A stretch of DNA of 64,000 nucleotides from Zygnema circumcarinatum SAG 698-1b (lineage: Eukaryota; Plantae; Zygnematophyceae): positions 1,736,001 through 1,800,000 of the forward strand of contig CM074815.1 of the NCBI GenBank assembly GCA_037447605.1, in the 5' to 3' direction. Both the position numbers and the translations under genes were made by a program. Each line of letters opens with the position of its first letter. Within the stretch, counting starts at the first letter, position 1. The notes under the pieces are model-generated. The model was not told the DNA's origin. It worked only from the letters and a program-made list of their open reading frames with translations, and made no database searches. Positions 44,600 through 56,009 of this stretch are shown here, one piece after another.

Positions 44600-47500
44600 T
44601 CAGACTCTGAGGAGCTCTAGCATCGCAGTCAAAGCGACCGCCACTCCGTCCTGCGCCCTCCAATCTCAGGTCAACCATTCAAACTCTGCTCTGCTTCACG
44701 GCTCAGCAGTGAGGGCTCCCAAGGAAAGCCATGCTTGTGAAACTGCTGAGTCTGTGCGAACGGAAGCACGAAGCAACAAGTAGAGTAGAAGCCAGTCAAT
44801 GGTACATTTTCTTGCAGGGGAGTGAAGCCCCTCACGACATCAAAGCATACGCAAACGAGACAAAGGTCCAATAGCGGCTATACTATCTCGAGGGAAAACC
44901 TCCACCAAAACAAGAATCTTGCGGAAGCCCAAAGGAAGCCATAGAAAGTCGACAAGCCACCATTGGATCCCAAAAATCCGCTTTAACCATCCATGGAAGC
45001 ATATCTTAATAACCATCCAGTCCTTGAAAGGCGGTAAATACAGAGATTGTGGTCTATTGTAGATTCACCTCAGTTTGTATGATGTCACGGAGCTGTTTGG
45101 CTCTCTCCTTCACCTCCTCCTTGAGCGCATCTCCGATTGCAGAAGCAATGGTTGCCGAAGCTGCCTCGAAAGTGGCCTGGCCTCCACGTGGCATCAAGTG
45201 ATGCATCCCCAAAGGGGTTGCTGCAACTCCGATCCAATGCATTCGCTCTGCCCAATAAAACTGGTCGAACATGAAGGGACACACCACCTGGGAACGGGAG
45301 GGGAAAGCAGAAGGAGAGTTCAGGTGAACATTTTCTGATAGAGATGCTTTTATGGAGTTAGAAACTGGTAATTTCCCCCTTTGTCATTCCGTCTGAACTC
45401 CGAATGCCCTACCTTTGCGCATTCCTTGAATCATCCAAGGCAGTGGTTTCCCTGCATGAAGGCAAAGGCTACCAATAGCACATCCTGCTCGCACCAAGCA
45501 TGCCGCACTGCAGGTGGGAATCATGCTCATAAGCTTAAAAGCTCAAAAAAAATCGGTAGTAGTAATAAAGTAAGTAAGTAAGTAAGTAAGTAGTAAGTAA
45601 GTAGTAGTAGTGGTAAGTAATAGACCAGCAAGAGCTTGCCCTAAAGCCCATGAAAGAAATGCCTTGCTCTAGACCAATACAGCTGCATCCTTGTTTGCCT
45701 TCCCCTAGATTAAACCTCAGCCACTCGATTCAACATCCCTTGAACCTCAACAAAGTCACCTTTCCTGCCGTATGCTTTGTCGTTTTTGGACACTGCTTCT
45801 AAAGGAAGACCCACAGAAGACCCCCCCCCCTCAAGTTGGCAGCCATGGACCAATCACACCTTTGTTCCCCTTCGGTTGAGTACAGACCTGCGGAATTCCA
45901 GCTCGCAAAGCAGCTGCCGTTGTACCGCTGTTGTAAGCCTCCCCCCAAAACCCTATTGACTTTGAGAGAGATGCAAAAAACCCACTCTTCTTATCACTCT
46001 GTTGTCCACAACCCGGGTCAAACCTGAAACCATAAAACTTTTGTAGCCCCTCCAGAGGTAGGAATAGACTAGTAACATCCATGCATGGAGAATACGGTTG
46101 GCTAAGGAGGGGAGGGAGGAGCCCTACCTCCCCCCGTGATGGATTGCAAGCTCGCATCGAGGAAGCAGCAGCTCGTGAGGGATGGACCTGCTCTCAGAGC
46201 AAAGGAGAGAGAAGGGACTCAACACACAGAAGTAACTCCATCACTCCAATCTACTAACACATCAGATTTTGACAAGATTTTCAGAATTTTGCTAGTGAAC
46301 TTTTTCGACTCAAACGACAGAACGCTCACGTGCTTTATAGCCATATGCAGCGTAGACATAGTGGAGAGTAGGAGGATTCAGTGATGCGTACGAGGTAGCA
46401 ATAATCTCCCTAAAAAAATGGTCAGTACATGCCAGACTGAGATGTATCCAAACGATACAGTACAGTATTATTCATCACTAGTGGTACGCAGTGGAGTATA
46501 CATGTACAGGAAGAAAGCAAGACATTTCGGAAACTCAGCAACAAGGATCAGCTATAAAGCTATGCATTTGGAATTGAAAGTTTGGCCAAGTTTGTTGAAA
46601 TTGTTAACTCTCACCTGAATAAGCACAATAGCCGCCCGCCTAGCAATCCACCTTCGTTATGGGCAACACTCTCCTTCCAAGTTTCGCTTACCAAAGTCTC
46701 CTCCGCCCCCACTTCCGAAGCCATAGAGAGAGTTCCAAAGTCCCCAAACCCTTGTGGCAGTCCCTGAACCCCATGTGACTGCTGCTGCATCTCGCAAAGC
46801 ACCGCATCCTCCAATGGCTTACTGCCACCTGTCAGCAGCACTGCCCACTTGTTTACAATCTTAAGGGCCCCAAGGAGGGTGTGCAGGAGGGCGGAGGGAT
46901 CCTTCAAGAATCCCATACTGCATCCATACGAAAGATGTGAAGATATTAGGCAAAACATGTGAAGACATCAGGTAAAGATATGGTGTATGTGGACTGGTAG
47001 ATTCCCCATGAGTGGATTCAGCCGAAGTCTTCTTAGGGTGAGGTTTGAAGCAATAGGAATGGAAGTTGAAAAGTGGATTAATCTCATAGCACTGCCCTCT
47101 GCGCCCTCTCTCTCACTCTCTCTCCGGTCTATCTCATTCGCAATCCTACTAATGGCCCTGCTATGAGTTCAGATACCGGCAAGAGGGCAACCTTGGTTTA
47201 CAGTTTCTACCTGCCAATAGAACTGAAACCGATACATATCGGGGGGGTCCTGCTGTCTGCGACGATTCGTAGTAATCCTTCGAGTGTTTGAGAATCTCCA
47301 TGCAGCAAAACATCATTTGCTTTATCTTTCAGCACATCTGCAAAAGTAACGAACCTCAAAAGTCAAATAACCAGAGGGATGGCTTTTTGGTGGAAGTCTT
47401 TTGCAAAGAAACAACCGCCAATTGTTGTGGAAATGTTGGAGCTTAGAGCGACTACGAAAAGGAGAGAAAAATTTAGGAAAAAAAATTACAATATTTACTT

Positions 47501-47836
47501 CTACTATTTTGAGAATTACCAGAAGTCTGTTCAGAACTTTTCGTTAGGGCGGGTCTCCGCCAATCGGAAGACGGAAACCAGAATCCGCAGACACGAATAG
47601 ATTGAGGCCAATATCCTGAATGAGCAAAAAAAATGCAATTGTAAATAGTACACTAATACTTTTGAAACAGCAGCAGTTTTAGGGACTCGAGCAATTTGCA
47701 TTATCATATAGAATAGGGTAGCCATACCCCTTCATCCTCTAATGAAGTTCATCATGCTATTTTTTTGTTGAGCCAATAGGATGAAACATATCCTCCGCAT
47801 GAGACGAGAGTAGGGAATCAGAAAGAGGAGAGAGAG

Positions 47837-47868
<32 letters not shown>

Positions 47869-48588
47869 GAGAGAGGAAAGAGAGAAGACAGAGAGTTTCC
47901 ACCTGGGCGACCTACCACTGCCGGGCTGAAGCCGTACCTGCGCCGAGAAAAGAAGGAAAGAAATGAGTGAGTGAATGAGTTGCAGTGAGGGAAACACTTC
48001 TCTCATTCTCTGTCATAGCGATATATTATTGTAATGATTTAGATTAGTGATTTAGAGGCACTCGCAAACATTTGCAATTTTGACCAACTAATTTGTCACC
48101 AGAAACAGATTGGCAAAGGGCCTGAAACTGGTGAGGGATTGTCAAAGTAGCGCTGACTTACAACAAGGGAACGGCGGTTGGCCAGTCGTACAGGATAGGC
48201 AATTCAGTTACAGGGTCCTGTGAGATACAGACACAACACAAAAGTACAAAGTACACGTCACAACTCGCAGGTGCCAATCCTTCTAAGCATGAATCAGAAT
48301 GATCATGATGGATTTTATTAAGAAAAAGAAAACTAAACTCGAAGGTGGGAGAGAATCTTGTTGCTTCACAAGTAGGTTTCCCATGCAAGGTCTCATGTCA
48401 AGCATACTCATTCCGTTGAGGAGTTCCGCCCAACTAACTAACTTAACTATGCCCATACCGTTGCCATGTGCATGTTGTGATTGGAACATGCTAAGCCTGT
48501 CTCAGGGGAGGGAGCCCTTCTAAGGCGGAGCGGAGGGCTACTACAATGCACATGCACATGAGGGATTCCCTTTTTCTCACTCTCTCTC

Positions 48589-48657
<69 letters not shown>

Positions 48658-51600
48658 CTCTTTCTCACTGTGAGGGGGCACGGGCTGAGGGAGAGCCGCT
48701 GCTCCCGCCACGTGGCCCATCGGGAGGTGAAGAGAGGCCACATCCACTGCTCGACCTCGCCCCATCCAACCTGCACCCCCCCCATCCGGTCACCGTTGCT
48801 CTACCATTGTCTGTATATAACATATATACGTATATAGTTATGAAATTAGACTCTTGACTCCATGGCCTAGACGTTAGGATTGTCCAAGCACTGGTCACCT
48901 TTATCATGTCTGACATGTACGACTAGCAGCACCACCACTCCGTCCTAAAAAGATAGCAGCACACCTCGCTTTTCTCCGCTTCTTGAAGGCGGCGATACAG
49001 TGCAGGATGCTCGCGTTCAAAGCGGCGATCAAATCCCGCGGGGGCACTGGAAACCCTCCTCCATTCCTTTCAAAACAGTTTCAAAATCTTCTTCCTGAAG
49101 TCCTATCTATGTCATAAACAACTTCATGCAGTTTACCAAAGTGCCCATGTTTCTCCATTCATTCGATACAGTCATCGGAAGTGGAAATTAATGAGATGAT
49201 ATTACGGAATGTTCCACCCATAATCAATTTATGGATATTGACAGCAGAAAGTACACCTGTACGGCACCATGTACGGCGCTGCCGCAAGGCAGGGGACCGC
49301 GCAATACTCGGCCAGATGGAAGCCCTCCTGCAACCCAACTCTAAAGCAGGTTCATTAAGACAACAACAACAACAACAACAACAACAAACAAATAAACAAC
49401 AAACAATGTGAACAATGTGTTGGATGGGAAAACAAGCATGCATCCCCGCACGGACTAACTTCAGCAAGGTTTGGTTGAATCACAGAATACTTACGTAGTA
49501 TGTAAACGTTTTACAGAGAAAGGGAAAGATAGAACGCCGCGTTCAAAAAACACTCCGACTGGGTTAGGATTATCTGACTATACGCTTACCAGCGCAAATA
49601 AGTTGAAGACAATGAGTGCCCTTTCGTCCTCCTTCCTTTCCAGCACATAATCCTTCACAGCTCTTAGGCAACCCTCCCTGTGCACTGCTTCGCTCTCCTC
49701 GCCCCAACCTTGTTTTGCTTCTTCACACGTGTGAAGAGTAGCAGGTGGAAGCATGCGGGACTTCTTATTTGACGGCCCAAATGCACCTGTAATTCCAGGT
49801 TACAGGGATATCTCAGCTAAAAGCGTTTCTGAGTAATGAAATCAGTTCCAGTCTTAAAGTACATCTTCATCGAATCGGCCTACATCAGTAAACCCCCTGA
49901 AGTTACCTCCTCTGAGCAATAATAATCTTCATGACTTTATGAGACGAGAATGGGTCCGAATGAGGACTGCCAGACAAAGTTATTAACCTCATAACGTTTG
50001 AAGTGAGTTAAACTCCCATTACATGGCCCAGTAAGCCCATTACTACTAGTGAGGCATGTCTTAAGGGTAGATGGGATTACACGGTGTGGGATGCACATCA
50101 GCTCTCCCCCAAAACGCATCAAGGAGTGCATACTCTGGGATTGACCTCGCTCCTAATGTTCAACTTCCTTGGTTGCTTGGCCATCCTTCCTTAGCATTCT
50201 AGTGTTGTCATTAACGTTGTTGTGTCCAACAGATCTCAAGGGAATCCACGTAAGAATCTGCCCACTTGTTGAGAGGTAGGGCGGTGCTCTTTACTTCCCC
50301 GCCCATCTCTCCACTTCTCCCCCTCATGGCAGCAACGATGTCCGCAAGACTACTCCTACTCTTGGATGCAATATCACCCGCTGATGCACTTTCTTCAAAA
50401 GAACCGACCTTGCGGATGTTATGGCGAAGTTTGGACCCGTTCAACCATACATTTGAGAAACTGAAAACGCGAGCATTTGGATATTATAGCTGACTCAGAA
50501 AATAGCGGTCTTTTACTTTGATGTCAACTCCAGAAACTCCAGCGATGCCCTCATGTGGCAGAAACCATTGGAAAAGAGTTTCCCCCATCATTGGATACTG
50601 AACTTGCTTGTGTCGTTTTGCCGAAGTGACGTGAGTGGTAGGATTAGTTTGGAGGATATCAATTGACTGCTTAAAAGTTTTTGACACGGTCGATTGCGTG
50701 ACAGATAAGTCATGGGTAGTCCATTGAGTTGAGTGTGGATTTTCTTGCTTGAACTTGCTAAGTGCACAGCGGACGACGCCTGTCATAGTAGTTTGGTCTT
50801 TCCTTGTTTTCCCGTAGCAGATAGACAGGAAAAGCCAAAGGGAGGACTAGAGTGGAAGGAGAGGGCAGCGATATTTTTTGGTTTTTTTGGCTAACCATGC
50901 CCTCACTTCAGTTATATCCTCTATAATATTGTAGCCAGGATCAGTCACGAGGCACGAAATTCAGAGGGGATTTACTGTAGCTAAGGAGCCTACATATGCC
51001 CATGCCTGACCTTCGCTGCATTCACGCACGGCGCTCCCATAGTCTGTGCCGCCATCCGTTGTGCTATCGAACCTCCGCTTCACGGAAGAAACTGCCGCAG
51101 GGTCCGTTGATGCACTCAGAGAAGCTTCCTGACTACTCCTCAGGCTCACTGGAGGAGAATCAATGCCATGGAATACTACTCCACATAGACCAAAGGGAGC
51201 GGAAAACAGTGCCTGCAAAAATAAGTCTCAAAATTTTACCTTGTTGTGTGGGCGGTATATACGTTCAAGAAATACGAAGAATATAAGAGGGAGCATGTGT
51301 TGACGAATTGAAATGTTGTAAATTGATTTGTTGACCGCCCATTGACGAAAATACCATTTTTTTTTTCTCAACTTGCCAGCAGCGAGCTAGATAGTAACAC
51401 AAACAAAAGAGAAAACGGGGGAAGAAGCAATTCAAGAAACGTCGAACGAGATCAACTCACTTTGTGGACCGCATGAGTTGCAAACACCACGCGAAGGTCC
51501 GGCCGAGCGCGAGCGAGCGCCGTTGCAAGAACCTGAAAGTGCCCGCCGCTGCTCAGGAGAGGACTGGCAGCCGTCAAAGCCCGCCAATGAAAAAGTGAAA

Positions 51601-51746
51601 ATTCTTTCAAGCCCTCAGAGCCACAGCCCAGCCCAGCTCAGGCCAGCAGAGGCAGGCAGGCAGGCAAGCAGGCAGGCCCTACGCACCGCCAGGGGCTGCG
51701 CGTCGCCCTGCGTTCCAAACGCAAAGAAGAGGACCACGTTCGGCAT
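44600..51746 (-). CDS. GT-B glycosyltransferase, UGT80/sterol glucosyltransferase-like (At5g24750-like)
   Basis: MPNVVLFFAFGTQGDAQPLA; LIVFNLFAL; QWMWPLFTSRWATWRE; DPVTELP; YGFSP; MGFLKDPSALL; CPFMFDQFYWAERMHWIGVA; last exon DGVAVALTAMLELLRV*. Confidence 0.88.
47823..47892 (+). repeat. Imperfect (GA)n microsatellite in a glycosyltransferase intron
   Basis: Seen directly. Confidence 0.9.
48575..48665 (+). repeat. (CT)n microsatellite at the 5' end of a glycosyltransferase intron
   Basis: Long, nearly perfect CT run directly after the minus-strand donor GTGAG. Confidence 0.95.
49886..50977 (-). mobile_element. Internally deleted pogo-like (Tc1/mariner superfamily) DNA transposon in an intron
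   Basis: Ends CAGTAAACCCCCTGAAGTT and (reverse complement) CAGTAAATCCCCTCTGAATT; TA after the right end. Disrupted ORFs with CENP-B/Tc5 HTH-like VTQSTVSK...KRHKQVQYPMMGETLFQWF...VSGVDIKVK and KLRHNIRKVGSFEESASA. Confidence 0.8.
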
Positions 51747-51889
51747 GCCCCCCGCCCTCGCTCCTCCTCCTCCCCGGCCCGCCCTGCCCTGCCTTGCCCA
51801 GCCCTGCACCTGCCCTCCCTGAGTCCTGCTCCTGAGTCCAATGCCATTTTCCAATCCTCCGAAAGATCCGTACAATCAGACATACAGTA

Positions 51890-52252
51890 CAAGTAGACCC
51901 ACCCAATATTTTCGCCCCTCTTATTTTCGCTACCCAATATTTTCGCCCTGATTTTGCCAAAACCACTTTTTTGTACGGAAGTATGTGTTAACCGTACTGG
52001 CCGTACTAGCTGTACTAGCCGTTACGGGCTCACCGACTCCTCCCGCCCGTGCCGCCGTAAGAGGCGCTGCTCCTCTCCGCTTCTTCGTAGCTTCGATACG
52101 ATACGATACGAGGCGATACGTACGAACAAACAGGAACTCTAACATAATACCACCCGCCTATTGTTAACACGGACACCCTTATATTTTCGCTACCCAATAT
52201 TTTCGCCCAATATTTGCCGAAACCATGGCGAAAATATTGGGGGGGTCTACTG
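51890..52252. mobile_element. TA-flanked MITE A (363 bp) in the glycosyltransferase promoter region
   Basis: TA|CAAGTAGACCCACCCAATATTTTCGCC ... GGCGAAAATATTGGGGGGGTCTACTG|TA. Confidence 0.75.
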
Positions 52253-52259
52253 TACTCTA

Positions 52260-52881
52260 CTGTACCCCCTATTTTCCACCCGAGCACTTTCGTTACCCAA
52301 GAAATTCGCCCAGATTTGGAGGAAACCACTTTTCTCCGCACTTAGTCAGTGTTAATGTTTTAGGGGGAGTCAGACCTTGACCATCGCTTCCGAATTCCTT
52401 ATACTGCAAGTCACTTTCGTGTACAAATTCCGGGTCGGAATCCGCGGCTCCGCCGAGCCCAGCCGTACCGAAATGCGTACCTAGCAAATGCTTAATTCGC
52501 CCGACAGGCTTACGAAATTGATTTGGCGATGGTCAAGGTCTGACTCCCCCTATTAGGGGTGTTAACCTAACCTGATCGAAACGGATTTCGAACATAGGAG
52601 TTGAAGAATTCATTCTCACGAATAAAATCTTTTTATCATACGGTATATGTACGGCACCAATAGGAGCTCGCGACAGGGCCCGCCTGGCGGCCATGTGCCT
52701 CCGTACAGAGAGAAACACGGCCGCCGGTATCGAGAAACCACGACCGCCCGCCTAGTTTTACCACAGACTTCCTGCTACTTTCCTTTCCCCTTTCCTTTTC
52801 CCTTCCTTCCTTTCCAACCCCCAAGACTTTCGTCCAAGATTATCGGCCGAAGCCATAGCGAAAATATTAGGGGGGGTACTG
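52260..52881. mobile_element. Degenerate MITE B, same family as MITE A, containing a nested insertion
   Basis: TA|CTGTACCCCCTATTTTCC ... GCGAAAATATTAGGGGGGGTACTG|TA; subterminal segments resemble those of MITE A. Confidence 0.6.
52363..52550. mobile_element. MITE C (188 bp) with perfect 25-bp TIRs
   Basis: TA|GGGGGAGTCAGACCTTGACCATCGC ... GCGATGGTCAAGGTCTGACTCCCCC|TA. Confidence 0.85.
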
Positions 52882-53062
52882 TATACGGAAGGAGTGTACG
52901 GATCTGCACGGACGGAGTGATACGTGTCGAGTGTGAATCCCTAGACCCTTTGATCATAAGGTTCTTATTGTTCCATCATGTTGGTTTCTGGCGGCTAGGT
53001 TTTAGGGAGGACTTGTATATATATAGTGCTACTGCGTTCAGAGGAGGAGAAGATTGCTGAAA

Positions 53063-54363
53063 ATGTCTAGGAGAAGAAAATCGTCGAAGAGGGATGAATC
53101 TGCAGAAGTTGAGGAAGGAGGGCTGAGTGCAGCAGGCACGGCAAGGGTGCTCGCCTCGCTTGGATCCCAGACAGCTTCAAGAACCGCCGCCGGCTTTGGA
53201 GAAGGAGTGGATCGAAGTAGACTGCCTCATTCCTCGGTGAAGCCTTCGCGAATGGATTCCCTGACAGGGAGGGAAAAAGAGGAGGGGAAGAGGAGGAAAA
53301 TAGAGGAGAGGGAGAGGAGGGAAAGAGAGGAGAGGGAGAGGAGGGAAAGAGAGGAGAGGGAGAGGAGGGAAAGAGAGGAGAGGGAGAGGAGGAAAATAGA
53401 GGAGAGGGAGAGGAGGGCAAAAGAGGAGAGGGAGAGCAGGAAAATAGAGGAGAGGGAGAGGATGGAAAGAGAGAAGAGGGAGAGGAGGGAAAAAGAGGAG
53501 AGGGAAAGAGAGAAAGAGAGAGAGTGAGAGAAAACAATTGGAGGAGCGGGAAAGAGAGAGAGAAAGCGCAAGAGCGATACCCTTACATTCGACATTTGGA
53601 GGAGGAGACGACGTTTCGTCATCGGAAGTTGATCGAAATGATCCGGTAAGTTTTTTTCTACCCAAAACGGTCAAACCCAGAGTTAGCGCAAGCCAAATTT
53701 CACAATTAAAGAAAGTCACAGTATAAAAAAAAATCATTTTTTTTTCTTCTTTGTTTTTTTGTTTTTTAGTCCATACGCGATACAGAGTCATACTTGCTCA
53801 AGCGAGGGCACATGAAGGAAGGCGAGGGGACCCGTGCCAAGTGGGTGTGTAAGTATTGCGTGGGAAAGAGGGGTTCCTCGTCCAAGGCGCTCCTCGTTGA
53901 GCATTTAAAAGTCGACCACCAAAAAGATGTGAAAAAAGGAAAAGGGGGTCGGAAACGGCTCGACTCGCCTGTCCGCAAACAAAAAATTCTGGAGGCTCAA
54001 CAAAGAAGTCGTGCAAATCAAGCACGGAAACGTCGACAACAAAGGTTGGAACGTTTGTCAGGTGGGTGCAAGACTATCCTTGCTTGTTGCTTGTTTTTCT
54101 ATTTTTTTTTCGTTTTTAAGTTATTTTTGGTTATACTTACTACAGTTGTGGTATGGTTTTTATATGCAGTTTGTTGTCCATGGTGTAAACATCCAGCTTC
54201 TTGCATTGAATGTGAAGAGTGTCATTTCGTTTTCAAGCCACTCGCTAAAATAGCGAAAGACAAGGGACTGGCAGGTGGAGGGAGAAGGGCCTCGGGAGGG
54301 GGAGGGGAGGAGGAAGAGGAAGAGGAAGAGGGAGGAGGAAGAAAGGAGCAGGAGCAGGAGTAA
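53063..54363 (+). pseudogene. Three-exon gene for an E/R-repeat, BED-like C2H2 and C4 zinc-ribbon protein, frameshifted in a GA tract
   Basis: TATA-like TATATATA at ~53016; ATG 53063; stop at 53525 inside a GA run. The +1 frame continues through introns 53646-53769 and ~54061-54168 to KWVCKYC...LVEHLKVDH and CCPWCKHPASCIECEECHFVF. Confidence 0.65.
53283..53520 (+). repeat. 24-bp purine minisatellite (GAGGAGAGGGAGAGGAGGGAAAGA)n encoding EERERRER repeats
   Basis: About 9 units with variants. Confidence 0.9.
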
Positions 54364-54529
54364 GAGGCAGATAACTTAGATTTTTTGGTAGTTTTAGTTT
54401 TTGTGCAATGCGAATCCTATGCAGATCCGATTGAACATTGAACAATTATCGTAAATACAATCCGTTACTTTGCATCCACATATCAACAATGAGATTTTGG
54501 CGAATCGCAAAGCGTGGAGAGTTTGTAAA

Positions 54530-55240
54530 CCCAAAAAATGGAACTATGCTTTATGTGACATATCAAGTGGTTGTGTGATATTGAACACATGTTTGAATTG
54601 AGTCATTTGTGTAGAATATATAACTATTTATTTCTACTTCTCTCTTTTTTCTCGTGACATATCACAATAGAATGTTATGTATAACACATTTTTTTTTTTA
54701 CTTTTTTGCGAATATGCATAATATATAACTATACAACTTTACAACATTATAAAATATGAAACACAAAAAACTCCCGAAAAAAAAAAAAAAAAACCAAAAC
54801 AGGGGGGCGGGATAGCCTAGATGGGAGCGCGGGAATTCCGAAACAAGGGGACGACGATTTCCAAAATGGGGGGTTATCATTCTCCTAAATATTTATACGC
54901 GAAAGTGACAATTTAAACACAAATGTGTTTATCATGACACAATAATGTGATATATCACATAAAACATGTTTAATATTATACAAAAGTGTCACAATTTACA
55001 AATGAATGTGTTAAACATCACCCAAAATTGTGATATATCACAAAAATCATGAATAATATACGCAAATGTGACAAATTAAAAACATTCGTGTTAATTATAA
55101 CACAAAAGTGTCAACATCAACATCTCAAAGAACGTAGTTTACTATTATATAGAAATGTCACAATTTTCAAAAATGATTTAAAAATCACATAAAACTGTGA
55201 TATATCACAAAAATTATACTCAAATATTTATATGCGCGAA
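54530..55240. repeat. AT-rich modular repeat: ~83-bp units, inverted on the left and direct on the right, with a TGTGATATATCACA palindrome
   Basis: Perfect palindrome at 54946, 55029 and 55196; units recur at ~80-90 bp spacing; the reverse complement of 54540-54620 aligns to the unit. Confidence 0.75.
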
Positions 55241-55403
55241 CCCTTCAAACCCTAAAAACCCTCGCCTGGTCGCGTGCCAAATATTCATTCGGGTTTTTGC
55301 GCGGGCACATGCCACGTAGATCCAAAAACCGCCACGTAGCAACGCAACGGTAAAGGAGCTACGCTGTGGTGACACGTGGCGTATCGGGATGAAGGTACTA
55401 CGG

Positions 55404-55879
55404 CCGTTGGATGTGCTACGTGACGCATCTCGGGGTTAGCGCCGCTGGATTGACGCTTGTGAGATTACTGGAATGTGAGCCGTTGGATTTGTGACGCGGA
55501 CGCACGTGAGATAATGCCCGTTGGATCCTGGGATGAATGAGACTCGAACCGTTGGATTCACACGTGTTATACTTCGGGAATTTTCCCCTTTGGCTATACC
55601 ACGTGGGCGGGCGTTATATGCGGACCGTTGGATAGTCACTTGAGATCAAGGAATATGGCCACGTGGACAATTGCTGGATAGCAACTGTTGGATCCTTGGC
55701 TAGGATCCTGCCGTTGGATATGCCACGTCTGCAGTTCCTGACATTGACCGTAGGATAGTCGGGTGCGGGAATTCTGGTTTTACGAGACCGTTGGATTCGC
55801 CACCTGTACGTGTGCTCAATGCTAACCGTTGGATTCGACCACGAGCCATGCTCGACCTTCGGAATTTCGACCGTAGGTT
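55404..55879. repeat. Array of CCGTTGGAT cores at ~38-bp periodicity
   Basis: Exact cores at 55404, 55480, 55518, 55549, 55625, 55711, 55788 and 55826; variants at 55442, 55685, 55748 and 55871. Confidence 0.9.
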
Positions 55880-56009
55880 ACGACTTCCATTCTTGTTTGA
55901 ACTGCCTGTTTTACGATTTCATATTTTCGACTGTCTGGTCTGCGTTCCGTTACAGTTGCGGGCAACCGCATGTGCAGGCAGTCGCCCTGAAGCGTGCCCT
56001 AAAGTGGTC

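Noticed and set aside
53067-53791. Long minus-strand S/P/L/F-rich ORFs
   Set aside because: They are antisense shadows of the purine minisatellite.
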